DNA from: Podarcis tiliguerta
Lineage: Eukaryota
Assembly (NCBI GenBank): GCA_965153285.1
Contig: OZ229129.1
Strand: one strand, 5' to 3'
DNA: 64,000 nucleotides
Below are positions 1 to 13,200 of this stretch, one piece after another. Positions within the stretch are counted from its first letter, which is position 1, and every line of letters begins with the position of its first letter. A program made the position numbers and the translations under genes. The notes under the pieces were generated by a model that was not told the DNA's origin, ran no database searches, and was given only the letters and a program-made list of their open reading frames with translations.

Positions 1-2709
1 GGTGTGGAAAGGTGAGAAGGATGGGACCTGAGTGTTGAATTGAAATGAGATTTGTAAAGTGTAGGGGACTGAATGGAATGGGTGACAGGATGAAGAGGTG
101 GGTTAAGGGAAAGAACATGAGAGTGAATGATAGGCGAGAGACAGAGGCCGAATGAGAAAGGAGAGTGGTGGTAGAGAATGATCAGCTGGCTGGACTAGTA
201 GAGTTTAATGTTATAGGGAAATGGGGAGGTGTGTATTTATGACCAGCAGGCCTTCCAAAGTGTCGTTCTAGGAAGCGATGTAACTTGCCTTCCTAACTCT
301 CTAGTTCTTTTATGTCCAAACAGTTTCTTTGAGGGATTTTTCTTTTTGGGTTTTTCAAGACTGAGCTAGAAAGAATGTCAGTTTCCAAGCTGGTGAAGAA
401 GTGTTTGCTGATTTGGAAGACAAACAGGCCCAAAATACAAATAAATCAATAAATCTATATTGTATAGGAGTGGCTTGTGTGAAATGTTTTTTTTCCACCC
501 TTGCTTTGGAGGTGGCAGTGTTGTAGGGCACTTCCTAGATTGGCGCACAGGAGTAGGTGGATAAGTATTCTAGGCATCTGGTTTCCCAGGCTCCAATAAG
601 TGTAAAGGTGGCACCTAGAACTTCTCAGGCTTGAATTATCATGATTGGTGCTGACTACTGAGGAGTAGGAAATCTTTTTGCAGGTGTAGTCTAATTCATT
701 CTGCCCAGAAATGCACCCTTCTTCTGTTATCTTCTGTGCCTCAGGTTCCATTTCTGGGCTGTTGTCCAGGATCTCCTGGTTTAGAATGCCTTTGTCTGGA
801 GAGTTGGCTAGGCACGTCTCCCAGAAGAATTAAGAACTGATTTTAAAAAGGCTTTTACACTCTTGGAGATTAACTCTGTAAAAAAAACCCCCAAAAACAA
901 ACTTTTCTGTAATAAGAGTCTCTCTCAAAATGTGATTTGAAACTTGAGAGTTTAGAAGCCAGCTGTATTTTCCCTGTCAATTGTGTCTTTGAAAACTGCA
1001 TCACCAGAAACAGCAGATTCAAATTCTTTGTACTCATTCAAATCCTAACAGATGTTGGTTAGATCGGACAAATAGCTGAAGAGGAAACTGAGCTGGTGTA
1101 GCCAATAATGTGGGATTTAAGAGGTCTGGTGATGCATCTTACGCTAAACACCCATGACATGTCATAGAAAATAATCCAACTCTGGGATCATCTCTTGAGG
1201 TTAATTCTTGCACTGAACAAGTGGTGCGCCTTTCATTCCCACACACTGCTCCAGTAATGTTTGCAGCTGAAGCCTACATTTCAAGAAAGTTCCAGGAATC
1301 AGTGAACAGAAGCATTGCTGATTTTTCTACAGTGTCTTATAACAAGCTTGTAAAGCTTGTGTGGCCTGGGTAGCCAATTCAAAATTTGTGGTCACCCGAA
1401 CATGCCCTTGCTACAAAAAGCCTGCTGCACCACTGGAAGATGGTGCAAGATGAAGGACAAAGATGCAAGGGTGTGGTATCTTTCCCTGTCTCTGCACCTG
1501 CATCATCTTCCTCCAGCTCAGAGCCAGAAAGGTAAGACAGAGGTTTGTTTTGGCTCTGTATTCACACCCAGCAAGTGCAGAACTAAAGCAAGCTGTAGGC
1601 TTCTAACCATGTTTGGGACTGCAGAGGGAGTAATTTCTACCCCTCTGCAGCTCTAATGTCAGAAGAAGGCCTCAGACTTGACCCACTCACAACAGCACGT
1701 CTGACTCCTTGCCCTGATGAAGGGAGCAAGCACATCCCAGATGCAGGAGCAGGGGTACCTTTGTTCCTCCAGATGTTGCTACACCTCCCATCAGCCCTAG
1801 CAATCATGCACAATGGACAATAATAATTGGAGTTGTACTTCAGCAACCTCGGGGAAGGTTCTTCACACTTTTGTTAGAGCATGTACACAGTTTTAAAAAG
1901 AAATCCCCAGAAACCACATTGCCCTGTTCTAGCTGTTTGATTCCAGTCACTGTGCTATCCATCTGACCTTGGACTGTGTATTTGCCAGATCGAGAGTGTT
2001 TTCATAAGAAGAAGGCACAAAATAAAAATCAACATGAGGGCAACTTTCCTCCTTTTACTGTGTACCTGCCCATGTCCCTGGGGTTCTTAAAGGTGGTATT
2101 CCTATTGACTAAACAGTCCATTTTTTTCTTTCTTGGCAGTGTACAGAAATCATCAGTCTGCTGCCAGGAGTTGGAGTTTAGGCTTAGGTGTTCGGGAGCA
2201 GAGCTAAGCACACAAACAACGGAGAATTACAGATGATATAGATTGCAAATTTTACACAGGATAAGAGCTATCTCTTCATTTGTAAACTTTTGAAGTCATC
2301 CGTAGTTAAGGTAAGCCTTTTGGTCTATTTTTAGCTTGTTAATTAATGCTTGTTTATCTTCCAGCAGTTCATTTATTTTGTGGACATTAATTAGCTGGCA
2401 GATAGAGAATCCAAATAGTTCTTCTAGTTTCGTGAATAGTTAAAAGAAGGAGATATTGCCGACCTAGTGCCCTAATTTAAGAACTATTATACAGTGTGTG
2501 GACTTCATTAATGTTCCTTGCTCAAGACAGTTCTCCACCTCCCAAAACTTCTATGTCGTATGAGAGGTTTATCTTATCCCTGACCCCCTTATCTCAAAAG
2601 GGAGTTTTTTCAATATGCCTTGGTTGCCTTTAATCATGGCATAATGATTTCTGTGGACAGGAGTGTCAGCAGCTGATAACTAGTCTCCCATCATTCCTCC
2701 TTAGAAGTC

Positions 2710-4010
2710 GAGTTCAGTAAGGCTTTTGACAGTTCCCCATGATATTCTTGCAAAGTAGGTGGTAAAATGTAGACAGGATGAGGTAACTGTTGACTGGTTC
2801 ACTGACCGAACCCAAAGAGTGCTCACTAATCATCATCCTGGAAAAAAGTGACAAGTGGGGTACCACAGGGTTCTCTCCTGGGTCCGTTGTTATTCAATGT
2901 CTTTAAAAATTACTTGGATGAAGGAATTGATGGGGATGCTCATTAAATTGGCAGATAACACCAAATAGGACAGGTAGCTAATGGATTCAAGATGACCGTA
3001 ACAGATTGGAGAACTGGACCCAAACTAACAAAATGAATTTCAATACGGGCAAATGCAGGGTTCTGCACTTAGGCAGGAAGAACCAGATTCACAAATATAA
3101 GATCAGAGACACTTGTGAAAAGGACCTAGGGGTCTTAGTGGACCACAAGCTTAACATAAGTCAACAATGTGATGCAGCAGCAAGAAAGCTAATGCAATTC
3201 TAGCCTGCATCAACAGTAGTGTCCAGACCAAGGGAAATAACAACACCACTCTATTCTACCTTAGTCAGACGATAGCCAAAATATTGACAAGCTGGAACAT
3301 GTGCAGAGGAAGGAACCAAGATGATCATAGGTCTGGAAATAAAGACTTCACGGGAACAGTTGGAAGGAGCTGGGTATATTTAGCTTGGAAAAGAGGAAAC
3401 TAAGAGGAGATGTGATAGCCATATTCAAATATCCCAAGGGCTGTCACATGGAAGATGGAGCAAGCTTGTTTTATGGTCTGGAGGGTAGGACTCGAATCAA
3501 TGGCTTCCAGTTACAAGAAAGGAGATTCCAACTAAACTTCAGGAATAACTTTCTGACTGTAGGAACTGTTCAACAGTGGAACAGAGACTCTTGGGAGGTT
3601 GTGGACTCTCCTTCCTTGGAAATTTTTAAGCGTAGGTTGGATGGCCATCTGTCATGGATGCCAGATGTTTTAGTTAGGGTTGCCATATTCCCAATGGTGA
3701 AAATCTGGACAGAGTTGCTGAGTTGTTGTTTTTCTTTGGATCAAAGTTGCTGAGCTTTTTTTGGGAACATCTCTCTTTTTGGTGGCTTTTCTTAGATTTT
3801 TTAGATTTTTTAAAAAATATCCCAACTTGCCATACTTTCAGGTTTTCCCAGACATTTTGCCGATTCAGCAAAGAATCACCCAGACACCATTTTCTGAACT
3901 ATTCCTGGACATATGGCAGCCCTACTTTAGTTGAGATTCTTTCATTGCAAGGGGTTGGACTAGATGACCCTTGAGGTCCCTTCCAACTGTACAATTCTAT
4001 GATTCTATGA
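2710..4010 (+). mobile_element. CR1 LINE 3' fragment (degenerate RT), interrupted by a MITE
   Basis: CR1-type peptides (MNFNTGKCRVLHLGRKN, EKDLGVLVDHKL, LEKRKLRGD) and the 3' tail attctatgattctatga. Confidence 0.9.
3675..3924. mobile_element. hAT-like MITE nested in CR1
   Basis: TIRs TAGGGTTGCCATAT...ATATGGCAGCCCTA. Flanks ttttagt / ctttagt form a near-perfect TSD. Confidence 0.75.
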
Positions 4011-4423
4011 AATACTCTGGTCCCAGACCATGTACAGCTTCATAGAGGATAAACCATGGTAACTAGCCTAGGTGCTTCTGCTTTTTGCTTCTTAAACATT
4101 TTAATTTTCTTGCAGTGGCATCCAAAGCAGGCCTGTTTTTGATGATAAGGGAGAGTCTCATTTGTGCTGACTTGTCTGCTTACCCCAGAATAGACTTCAT
4201 GTTTGTTGGATTGGGTGGTGTTAATTAAAGTTAAACTTTAACTCAGAGTAATTAAACTCGGAGTAGAGCTATTGAAATTAATGGACCTAATTTCATTAAT
4301 TTCAGTGGGTCTGTTCTGAGTAAAACTTAGGTGAATGTCCTCCCCCCTTGGTTTTTTCTTTCTTTTCTTTTTTTTTAGAATCTCAGGATCTATCAACCAG
4401 AGTCAGATGCAAAAGATACACAA

Positions 4424-4963
4424 TATTTTTTTCTTTTTTTTCTTTTTCTTTTATTTTTTAAATAAAATTTTATCAGATATTTTATAATTATAAAAAGAAA
4501 AACAATGAAGAAAAACAATACATAAACTCAACAAACAATACATCAACAATAAAAGGGGGGGGGAATACTACAACAATACAACATAAAGAAAAAACAAAAA
4601 CACACCTCCAGATTTTATATCCAAATCTTTCATTAGCTTATTTCCTCAGCTTCCTCACACCTCCCTTTTTTGTATTCTAGTTCAAATTATCTGGTTCAAC
4701 AAATCCTTTCCCTCCTCTTCAATTTTTGTTCTATATTTTATCCTAACACAATTTAACTTTCAATTTTCCAATTTAACACATTAACACTTAATATTCATAT
4801 AATTCTTAATAACCCTTCTGCTAAAACCACATAACTTCATTCTAATATAGTTCTAACATTCATTAATTTTGCAGTATTTCTGTAAATATACTTTTAATTT
4901 TTTCCAATCTTCTTCCATCGACTTTTCTCCCTGGTCTCGGATTCTGCGGTCATTTCCGCCAAG
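4424..4963 (-). mobile_element. 5'-truncated L1-like LINE 3' end
   Basis: T-rich tail at the left and GATACACAA direct repeat (4415-4423 and 4964-4972). Similar in type to the element at about 39400-39730. Confidence 0.7.
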
Positions 4964-7900
4964 GATACACAAGATTTAAAGGGCATGTGTCTAAGTGCAG
5001 TTTGAGCCTAGGGATTTGTTCTCAGTACAAGAACTGAACTAAGCTCACAGTCTTCCCGGTTAGCCTTCAGCTTTTTTCATTTCAGCATTTTATTCATATG
5101 GAAAGAATAGTTGTTTATTAAACAAACAAAACAAAACAAAAAACACCTAGTCGATCAGCTGCAAGTCACTCAGAGATCTACCAGTAGATTCCAATCCACC
5201 TTCTTACCGCCCCTAGTCTGTTCTGTAGTTACTCTACATGGCAGTAGGGTGGGAGAAAGCCTTGAGAGTACACAGTGATAATGCGAAAAGGCTTGCCTTA
5301 ACTCCACAGGAATGATTCTCTTCTCATTGTAAAATCTTGCCAGCTCTCCTCAGAGTGGGTGTTACTTGAACATAGGGTCCACAGCTAGAAAACAGTTGCA
5401 AAACCCACAAGCAACCCATACAAAGAGTCACTCACAAATGTGCATCACATGCCTATATTCATGTGCCTTAAAGTTAATCTCTTCTTGTCCTTTGTCAGTG
5501 TCATTTACCCATGCCTGTATGGAGGCTTCCAAACAGAAAACTATTTTTTTCTTAATCTAGAGTAGTCTGTGGAGTTATTTGGCGGGGCATTTAGGTTTTG
5601 GTCATGTGACTTTCTAGGCTAGCAGTGCTTAATCACAGGTCATACAGAATCTTTAATTGCTAGAAATAGTGGTACATTGAGGAAGCAGGCTGACTTGGTT
5701 TTGGTTAGTTGCACCCCCTCTTTTTGCTTCTGTTGCCCTCTCCCCAAATATCACTATTAGAATGAGCTCAAGTCTCAAACCTCCCTGGGGGTGATGGCTT
5801 GGAAGAACAGAGACTGTGAAGCTGAAGCAGCTTTGGAGAGTTAATAATTACCCTCCAGGTATACACAGTGGGTCTGGATGCTGCATGTCAGTGCCATTGA
5901 AAGCTGCTGTGTGGAAACTTTGATCTGCTGAGGGATTGTTGGCAAGGGCGGAAAGCTGGTCTCCTGCCAGCTGTGAAATGGGGAAGCAGATGGGGAGAAA
6001 GGAAGCCCCCAACCCTTGTTGGCCTATTCAGGATTTCTTGAAAAGCATTACGTTTTTAAGAAAGCCAGGAAGCTAGATTATTGGAACTTGCAAACCTTTA
6101 TTGTTCTGATGCCAAACAGGAGTTCACTCTTTCCCTGTGCTGATTGGCAGCAGGCTCTCCCAAGACCTCAGGTAGTGGTCTGTCCCAGCTACCTGACATC
6201 CCTCTTAACCTGGGAATTCCTGCATTTGAAAAATCAGCTCTTACATTGAACTATGAGTCCTCTGGGCACCACATAGCTTGGATTGCTAGTGGGAAAGGCG
6301 AGCTGCATTTCCTAATGGCTGGACCATATATGCAAATCTTTATCTTTGACCACTTCAATAGCTTTCTTATGACCAAATGCACGGCATGTTGTTACTAGCT
6401 ACTATATCTTCCCTCCCCGCACAGCCCTCCTCCAATCAGCTGCTCACCTGACAATTAGATAGAGGGTAATATTCAAAGGCAATAACATTTGAATTCAAGG
6501 AAGGCTTCTGAAGAAGGAGCAGTCTTGAGAGGCTTCTTTAGGAAGGCAGCAAAAATATACCACCAGCTTGACACCAAACAAATTTTTCTTGCTTTGGTTA
6601 CATTCCCCCCCCCCCCCCATCCCAGAGCTCCATACCCACAACTTTAATGTGTATTTTGGCAGATTGAATAATCTGCCAAAATACAGAGTCTGCCTGTCTG
6701 CTGTTCTCTCTAGGGGGTGAGCAGGACCTTCCTAACACAAACCGAACTGCTCATTGTTCCATTTGGCTGAGGTCCTTCCTGGTTTTGAAACCTGATGATC
6801 CCTACAATTGCTATGTGCTATGCTAAAATAAAGAATGGGTTTACATACATTTGCCTGTGTTTCATGTTGAGTCTTTACAGCACAGGAAAGGGTCATAGCT
6901 GAGTGGGAAAGCATTGGTTTTGCATGCAGAAAATCCCAGGTTCAATCTCTAGCAGTACCTCCAAGTTAAGGTTAGGAGAGAGCTCTGCCTAAACCCCTAG
7001 AGATCCACTGCCAGTCAGGGTAGACAGTATTGAGTTAGATGGACCAATGGTCTGGTTCAATCCTATGTTCTTGCTGTACAAAGTGTATAAGATGTTGTGG
7101 GGGTACTTTGCCATTCAACTCTGAATGGAACTTCATGCCTCATTTCTCCCACCTTGCCCCATTTGTCCTCCTTATGTTTCTGACTTTTCTGTAAACTGTC
7201 AGAACACACCATCTTCCGTTATGTGGTCGTTCATCCAGATTTCACTGGCAATAGTGATGGTTCATAGGTGGTACCTACTATTCACTGCTCCTGGCTGTTG
7301 GCCCCCACAGATACCTGCCCCAGCAAGCAATGGACTTGCGTCAAAGGCTCTAATCTGCCAGCCCTCTGGCCTTATCATGCCAAGACAAAGTTGGGTGCTG
7401 TTCTAGAGTTCAAAGTTGCACAACAGTTGCCTGTAGCCAAAGGGTTGCAGTGCTTCTCTGGAGGATGGGGGGCACGGGACCAAAACCATTGCTCCTGTTT
7501 TCTTTTGATGCTGCAGTGACTTTTGGCAGAACCCCACTGTAAGCAGGTTTACCATCTTTTTTGGGGTCAGGCACGGGCAATGGACTTGAGGGTGGAGCTT
7601 GCCAATTGGATCATTACAGCCTGTTGCAATAGCTGTAAATAATAGTGGCAGCAATTCCTTTACAATTACATTCTAATCTAAAGGCTTAGTCAGAGGAGAG
7701 GTACAGAGGTATTGTTTCCCCTTGTACGGTAAGTCTTACATTGTGCAAGGGCACAATGTCCATTCTCTTGTCACCTCATGAACAACAGTATTGAGTTTGC
7801 AAAATATCTGCGGGGTTTCAGGAAATAAAATTGCTCCTTCAGCAGGAGCCAGTTTCCCTGGTGCTTTTCTTCCTGGAACCTAGATTTTGCCTTGATATGG

Positions 7901-9775
7901 TCATTAGTTTACCAGCCTGTGCCTCTTTAAGTTCTCCCAGGAAATAATAGTGATGATCTGCTGAGGGAAGAGGGGTTTGAATCTCTTATAATATTGCTCT
8001 GTGCCCTTTGGTGTGGTTCGCATGGCTTTATTGCTTACCTGGGTCCACCTTGCACATTACACAGGCTCCTCTCTAGGAGGAGACTGTCTGAGGAAGGGCT
8101 GTAGCTCAGTAGCAGGCATCTTCAGGTAGGGCTCAGAGAGACCTCAGTCCAAAAGTCTGGGGAGCTTCTGCATGTTCTGACTTTGTATAAGAAAGTCTCC
8201 TATGTTTCTCTCAAATGTTAAGCACACTCTTTGGTGCTGAACATCTTGGTGTGTGGCCTGAAAAGCCTGGCTGTTTTTGGTTTCAAGAAGTCAGATATTG
8301 TTCTTTTTTGCCCTCTTTCTTCCTGCCTGTTTTGTGCTTATTCTTTCCAAATGGGAAGAGTGAATGCAGCATCCTACTCTCAATGATCCCCTGGGCTAGG
8401 AAGGAAAGATTGCTGCAGTGCTCGCTTATTGTTTGGAGAGTAGAGTATGTGGTGCTGCACTATAATGTCTGAATCTGCTACTCTTCCAATGTGAGCAGAT
8501 GAGGAGGAGGAGCTTCTGCTGTGTCTTAGATTGGTTGTGTCTTAGATCGGAAGAAAACACAACAGTATTTTTTGCTGTCTGGGGAACACTTTGCTGTAGG
8601 ATGTACTAATTCTCATCCACCTGGGAGAGGAAGAGGAATTATTTGCTGACAATGAGCTAATTGCAGCTATGAAGCAAAATATACAGACCAGTTGCCTTTG
8701 AGGTTTGGAAGAAATTAGGGGTTAATATTGGGACTGTGGCCAGTTCAGTCTTTGTTGTCCTGCCACATTGCCAGGATAGCATTATATGGAGAATAAAAAG
8801 GGGATTTGGGGATAGGTTGTTGTCTCCAGTCACTACTTGTGATCTTCTTTGGAATACCTGTTTGGATACTGTTAGATGAGGAGGTCTGAACTAGGTGGAC
8901 CTTGATCTGATCTCAAGGGGAAACTCCAATTTTCCAGAGCAGAGGTACAAGAACCTCTGGTTCTCCACATATTGCACCATAACTCCCATGATCATCCCAT
9001 ATTGTTGGACCACAGGTCCCTCGTCTCAGTTATAGAAGGATTAAGTGAGAAAAACACTTGTGTGGGAGACTATCTCCAGAATTGAATCTGAGCTGCATCA
9101 CACATTAGAGAAGCTATAAGCCACCTCTGAACTCTCATGAGCTTCTGTGTTCTGACCCCTGACCTCAGGTTCACAGGAGTAGAGGCAGTGCTCTCCAAAT
9201 ACTTGAATCTGCGCTAAAAATAGCAAAATTGTCAAGTGTGGGATTGGAGTGTGGGAGAGACATTAAACAAAACAAACACAACTGGGCAAAATCCTTATCA
9301 ACTTCATGATTATAAACATGCAGAAACATGAACCTAATAGTATTAACTTCTTTTTAAAGCTTAAAGATAACCTCATTGGCAGGTTAAGTTGTAAAACCTG
9401 TACCTCCGGTGAATGCAGACCTCTAGATTGTCTCAATGCAGTTGGGTGTGACTTGCTTGTCAAGTATGTTGTTGCTGTGATAATTGGCCCATCATAAATA
9501 CTTTCTGGGCTGGCAGCTGATTTCAAGCTTTTAGAATAGTCAATAGCAGGGTGGCAAGCTTCAATTTCCTGCCCATGGAACTTGGTCTCTAGCTGCATAA
9601 ATGTGCATGCAGACATACAAAAGGCCAAATAGAAGTAGTGTGCCACTATAAGAAATGACTCACAAGGTCATGCCTCTGTACTGTCCTATTAGTCCACATC
9701 TAATACACAGGACTAGGGCTGAGCTGAAATGGAAAAGCATATTTCATGGGAAACAATCACCCCTTGTGAATGCTA

Positions 9776-10296
9776 CCATATTTTTCTATCTATAGGACAC
9801 CCCCGTATATAAGACCCCCCTATTTTAGGGGACTCAATTTTAGGAAAATGAGGGGAGATGGCCCAAAGTTGTTGAGCCTCTCCCTCCACACAGCCGCAGG
9901 TAGGAAACAGTTCCTAGTTTCCCATGTGCAGCAGCATGGGGGGAGGGATTTGCGCTCCCATCAGCCATTGGGCTCCAGTGCTGCTGCTTGTGGGAAACAA
10001 TCCAGGGAGCACCCACCGCACGCAGCGGCAGCGGGGGAAGTTGCGCTCCCTCCAACGAGCTGGCTGGTGGTGCGCAGCTTCTCCGGCCCCCATGTAGCTG
10101 CAGGCAGGAAACACCCCCCAGGTCGCTCCCTGCTTGCTGTGGCATCGGGGGAAGCTGCACTCCCGCCAACAAGCTGGCTGGCGGCACGCCACTTCTCCCC
10201 CCCCCCCCCAATCCACTATCCATGTATTGGACAACCCCAGTTTTTTGACGTGATTTTTGAGTCAAAAAACCTCGTCCAATACACGGAAAAATACGG
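9776..10296. mobile_element. Tc1/mariner-pogo-type non-autonomous DNA element
   Basis: TA|CCATATTTTTC ... GAAAAATACGG|TA imperfect TIRs with TA TSD, plus an internal GC-rich tandem duplication. Confidence 0.75.
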
Positions 10297-13200
10297 TACT
10301 ATATATACTCACATTCACAAATGCAGCAATAAGTATTTGAGGTGGGGGCACTGGAATATAGGGCAAAAATTTCCTCCACTTGGTTTGAGGGTGGGAAGCA
10401 TTGGCCTCACTTTGATTTGGTTTAATGATGCTATTGCAGAACCAAATCTGTTGCCATGATGTTGTTGTCATATTGGTTATATGATCATTGATTGCCTGGA
10501 TAACATAGCCAGTGAGATAATTTTTCCCTAGCCAAAAAGTGCCAAGGCTGCAGTGAAAAGAGGAAGTGAAATAATGTGAAAAAAGGGTTTAGAGAGGTCT
10601 CTTGGAGAATATCTTGGTGAGATGTCTCCCCTCTCCCCATATTCCATGACACTTGAGCATCCTGAAATTCTGCACCAAATATATCCCCCAAGAAAAATTT
10701 GGCTCAAGCCCAGACCTGCATCTCCCTTCCAAACCTCTCCCTATTCTGACCTTTCATGTACCCTGCCACTTATCTCCCCAGCCTAGCTTGATTATAGGTT
10801 TCAGTCAGGATAGGACGGAAGGTGAGACAAGATTGAGCTTCCCCTTAGCCGTGAACTCCTTTGAGGGAGCAAAGCAGACCCTCCCATTCTTCCATTTTAC
10901 CCATGAACATTGCAGTCCTATGAATAAATAAATATGGCTGCTCCATCATCTCTCCATATGTGTTCTCCTAGTAATACAGCCTGCCACCACCCTGGGCAAT
11001 GGACATGGTGTTGTACATAGTTTGTCATAAGCCACCAATACATATTTTATTATTCAGTCGCAGACCCAGTAAATCATAAGCCATAAATCAGCCTGTGTGT
11101 CAAATGAGCCTGGTTTGCAACCCAAGTTTGAAAAATAATGCAACTCAGGGAGGGGGCAGGGAAAAGCAGAGTAAGCACAGAGAGCAAAGGTTTACAACCA
11201 GAGGCAGTGATAAGGGGAAGGAAGGAGCGAGATAATGAGGTTGTTTGTTTGTTTGTTTGTTTGTTTTTGAAAGGAGAAGAGGAGGAGACTGAACGTATGA
11301 GTTGTGTGTGTCTGGATATAAAATTCAACAGCTCTTTGCTCGCCATTTCTCTGAATATTTGTGGAAGTGTGGGCAAACACTTGGATCGAATCCTGTTGTG
11401 GCTCTTTCCATAAATATTCTTCCCCTCAACAACTCCTTTTTGCAAACTGCTGAGGTTCAGGGCTTGAAACGTGGTAGTATTTACTTTGGAGAGGAAGTGG
11501 TTAATATTTGCAAAAGGATGTCAGGAAATTGAATAAACTGGGAGCAGCATTCTGGTCTCATGATGTTGAGATTAAGAGTATCCATTGCAGTTGGCAAGCG
11601 AGTGTGTGAATAAACAGCTCTGGGGTCCCTCATCTCCCTTTAGCGGGCAAAAGGTTAGTCTGAAAAGAGCTTGGCTCAGAGGTAAGAATCCCTAACGCTG
11701 TGTTTACCTGCCAGCTTCTGCCTCACCTGTATGTATTGGCTGTTATTTCTAACTCTGCATGTGTAGCAGGGAATCTTTTCCGGTTAACAAGGAGACAGGG
11801 CTAATTAGATGCTCCCCAGCATTTGTTTGAAGTTTATATCATTTGTCCTGGGAGATAGAAGGGGAATAATTTACATATGTATGTCTGAGCTGTGGACTAT
11901 CTGCTGTCTGCTTATGGGATGGATCAGAGCACCAGAAATAGTGGCTGTATCTCACTACAATCTGGAGAGCGTTCCTAACAAGCATTGTCTGCTCGTGTGG
12001 AATTGCTGCAAGATGGGAACATCCCAGTGTGGCAAACCATTTGTTATCTGCCTCATTGGACGGCTGCTATTTTTCCAAACCTGGGATCTGGTGGGAAGGG
12101 AAAAGGTTATGTGTGTGTTGAACAACCTGGTCACAATGGAAATCCAAGAAGTGTGATGTTTAACTCTTGTTCTTCTGGGAAGACCTGAGGGCAGTGATTA
12201 AAGGGCAGAGGGATGTGTGTGTTGAATTAATAAAATATATTGTATTCTGCATTTGTAAGTGCTCTGTATCAGTAAGTGTTGGGTGAGAGGGAAAGTCCTT
12301 TTGATTTGTGCTTCCTTGAACATGTACATGTTGGAGGAGGGAAGCTTCCTGGTGCTATAATCTCCTTAGCAGTGTAGTGTTTTGATTTGAGAGATTTTGC
12401 TGTTAACCATAGATTAACCATTGCAGTAAAGCTTGTTAGCCACTCAGTTATTATTTTTTTTATCTTAAGGGTTTTGGTTCAAATCTATTTTTACAGCTGC
12501 GCATTGTCGGCTGAAATCCAAAGCCCTACTTAGACTCGCCCAAGTGTTTCCTTAGACCCAGTAGGACTTTTCCCGTTTGAACAGCTGATGGGCTGTGTTG
12601 TAAAACAGGTTTTCTAACTCCCCTGCAGTTTTGCTATTGAAGTGTGTGTGGGGGGGTGCTTTAGGTGGTTTACATGTCCTGTATAAGATAAGCAAAATTT
12701 ATTTAATTTTTTTTAAAAAAAACTTGTTCTGATTCTGCTGGTCCTGAGGAAGGAATGAGATCTGAGCAGGACACTTTGTCCACTGGATATTTGATTGGTT
12801 TTGGCCTGGTGCCAACATTGTCAGCTTTGGGGCGCTGAGCCTGTTTGCTCAAGTTTTTGGTTTTAATTTAGATCACACTTAGATCAATTTATAATCTGGG
12901 ATTTTTTTGGTGTTCATCTTCTAGTGGGGTGGGGTAGGATTTGTTGTTTTTATTTTTTTTGGATGGACACCTATAGGCATTTTTTTAAACAGTATTATTA
13001 TTCTATGTATATAAGGTTGTATCCAATGTTTGGCCTATTGGAAAAAAGCAAATACATTTAATTATTCTGAGGTTCTAGGTCCTTTGTTACATGAGTGCTC
13101 TGTTTGTCCAGCAATCTAGCCAGCACTTGCCTGTATCCTCTCTAAGTTAATTCTGCCCCCTGCAAGCTGAGCCATTTTGTTTTCTCTCTCCCAACTTGTT

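Noticed and set aside
1-860. Strand-biased region with a 98-aa minus ORF
   Set aside because: Probably a degraded retroelement fragment, but I could not assign it and there is no gene evidence.
9770-10459. 229-aa ORF and overlapping ORFs
   Set aside because: They lie largely in a GC-rich non-autonomous DNA element and show no transposase motifs.
11100-11690. Possible alternative promoter or 5' exon of SLC31A1 (GTTT repeats, GTTAAT motif, donor GTAAGA near 11682)
   Set aside because: Short motifs expected by chance; cannot be supported without transcript data.
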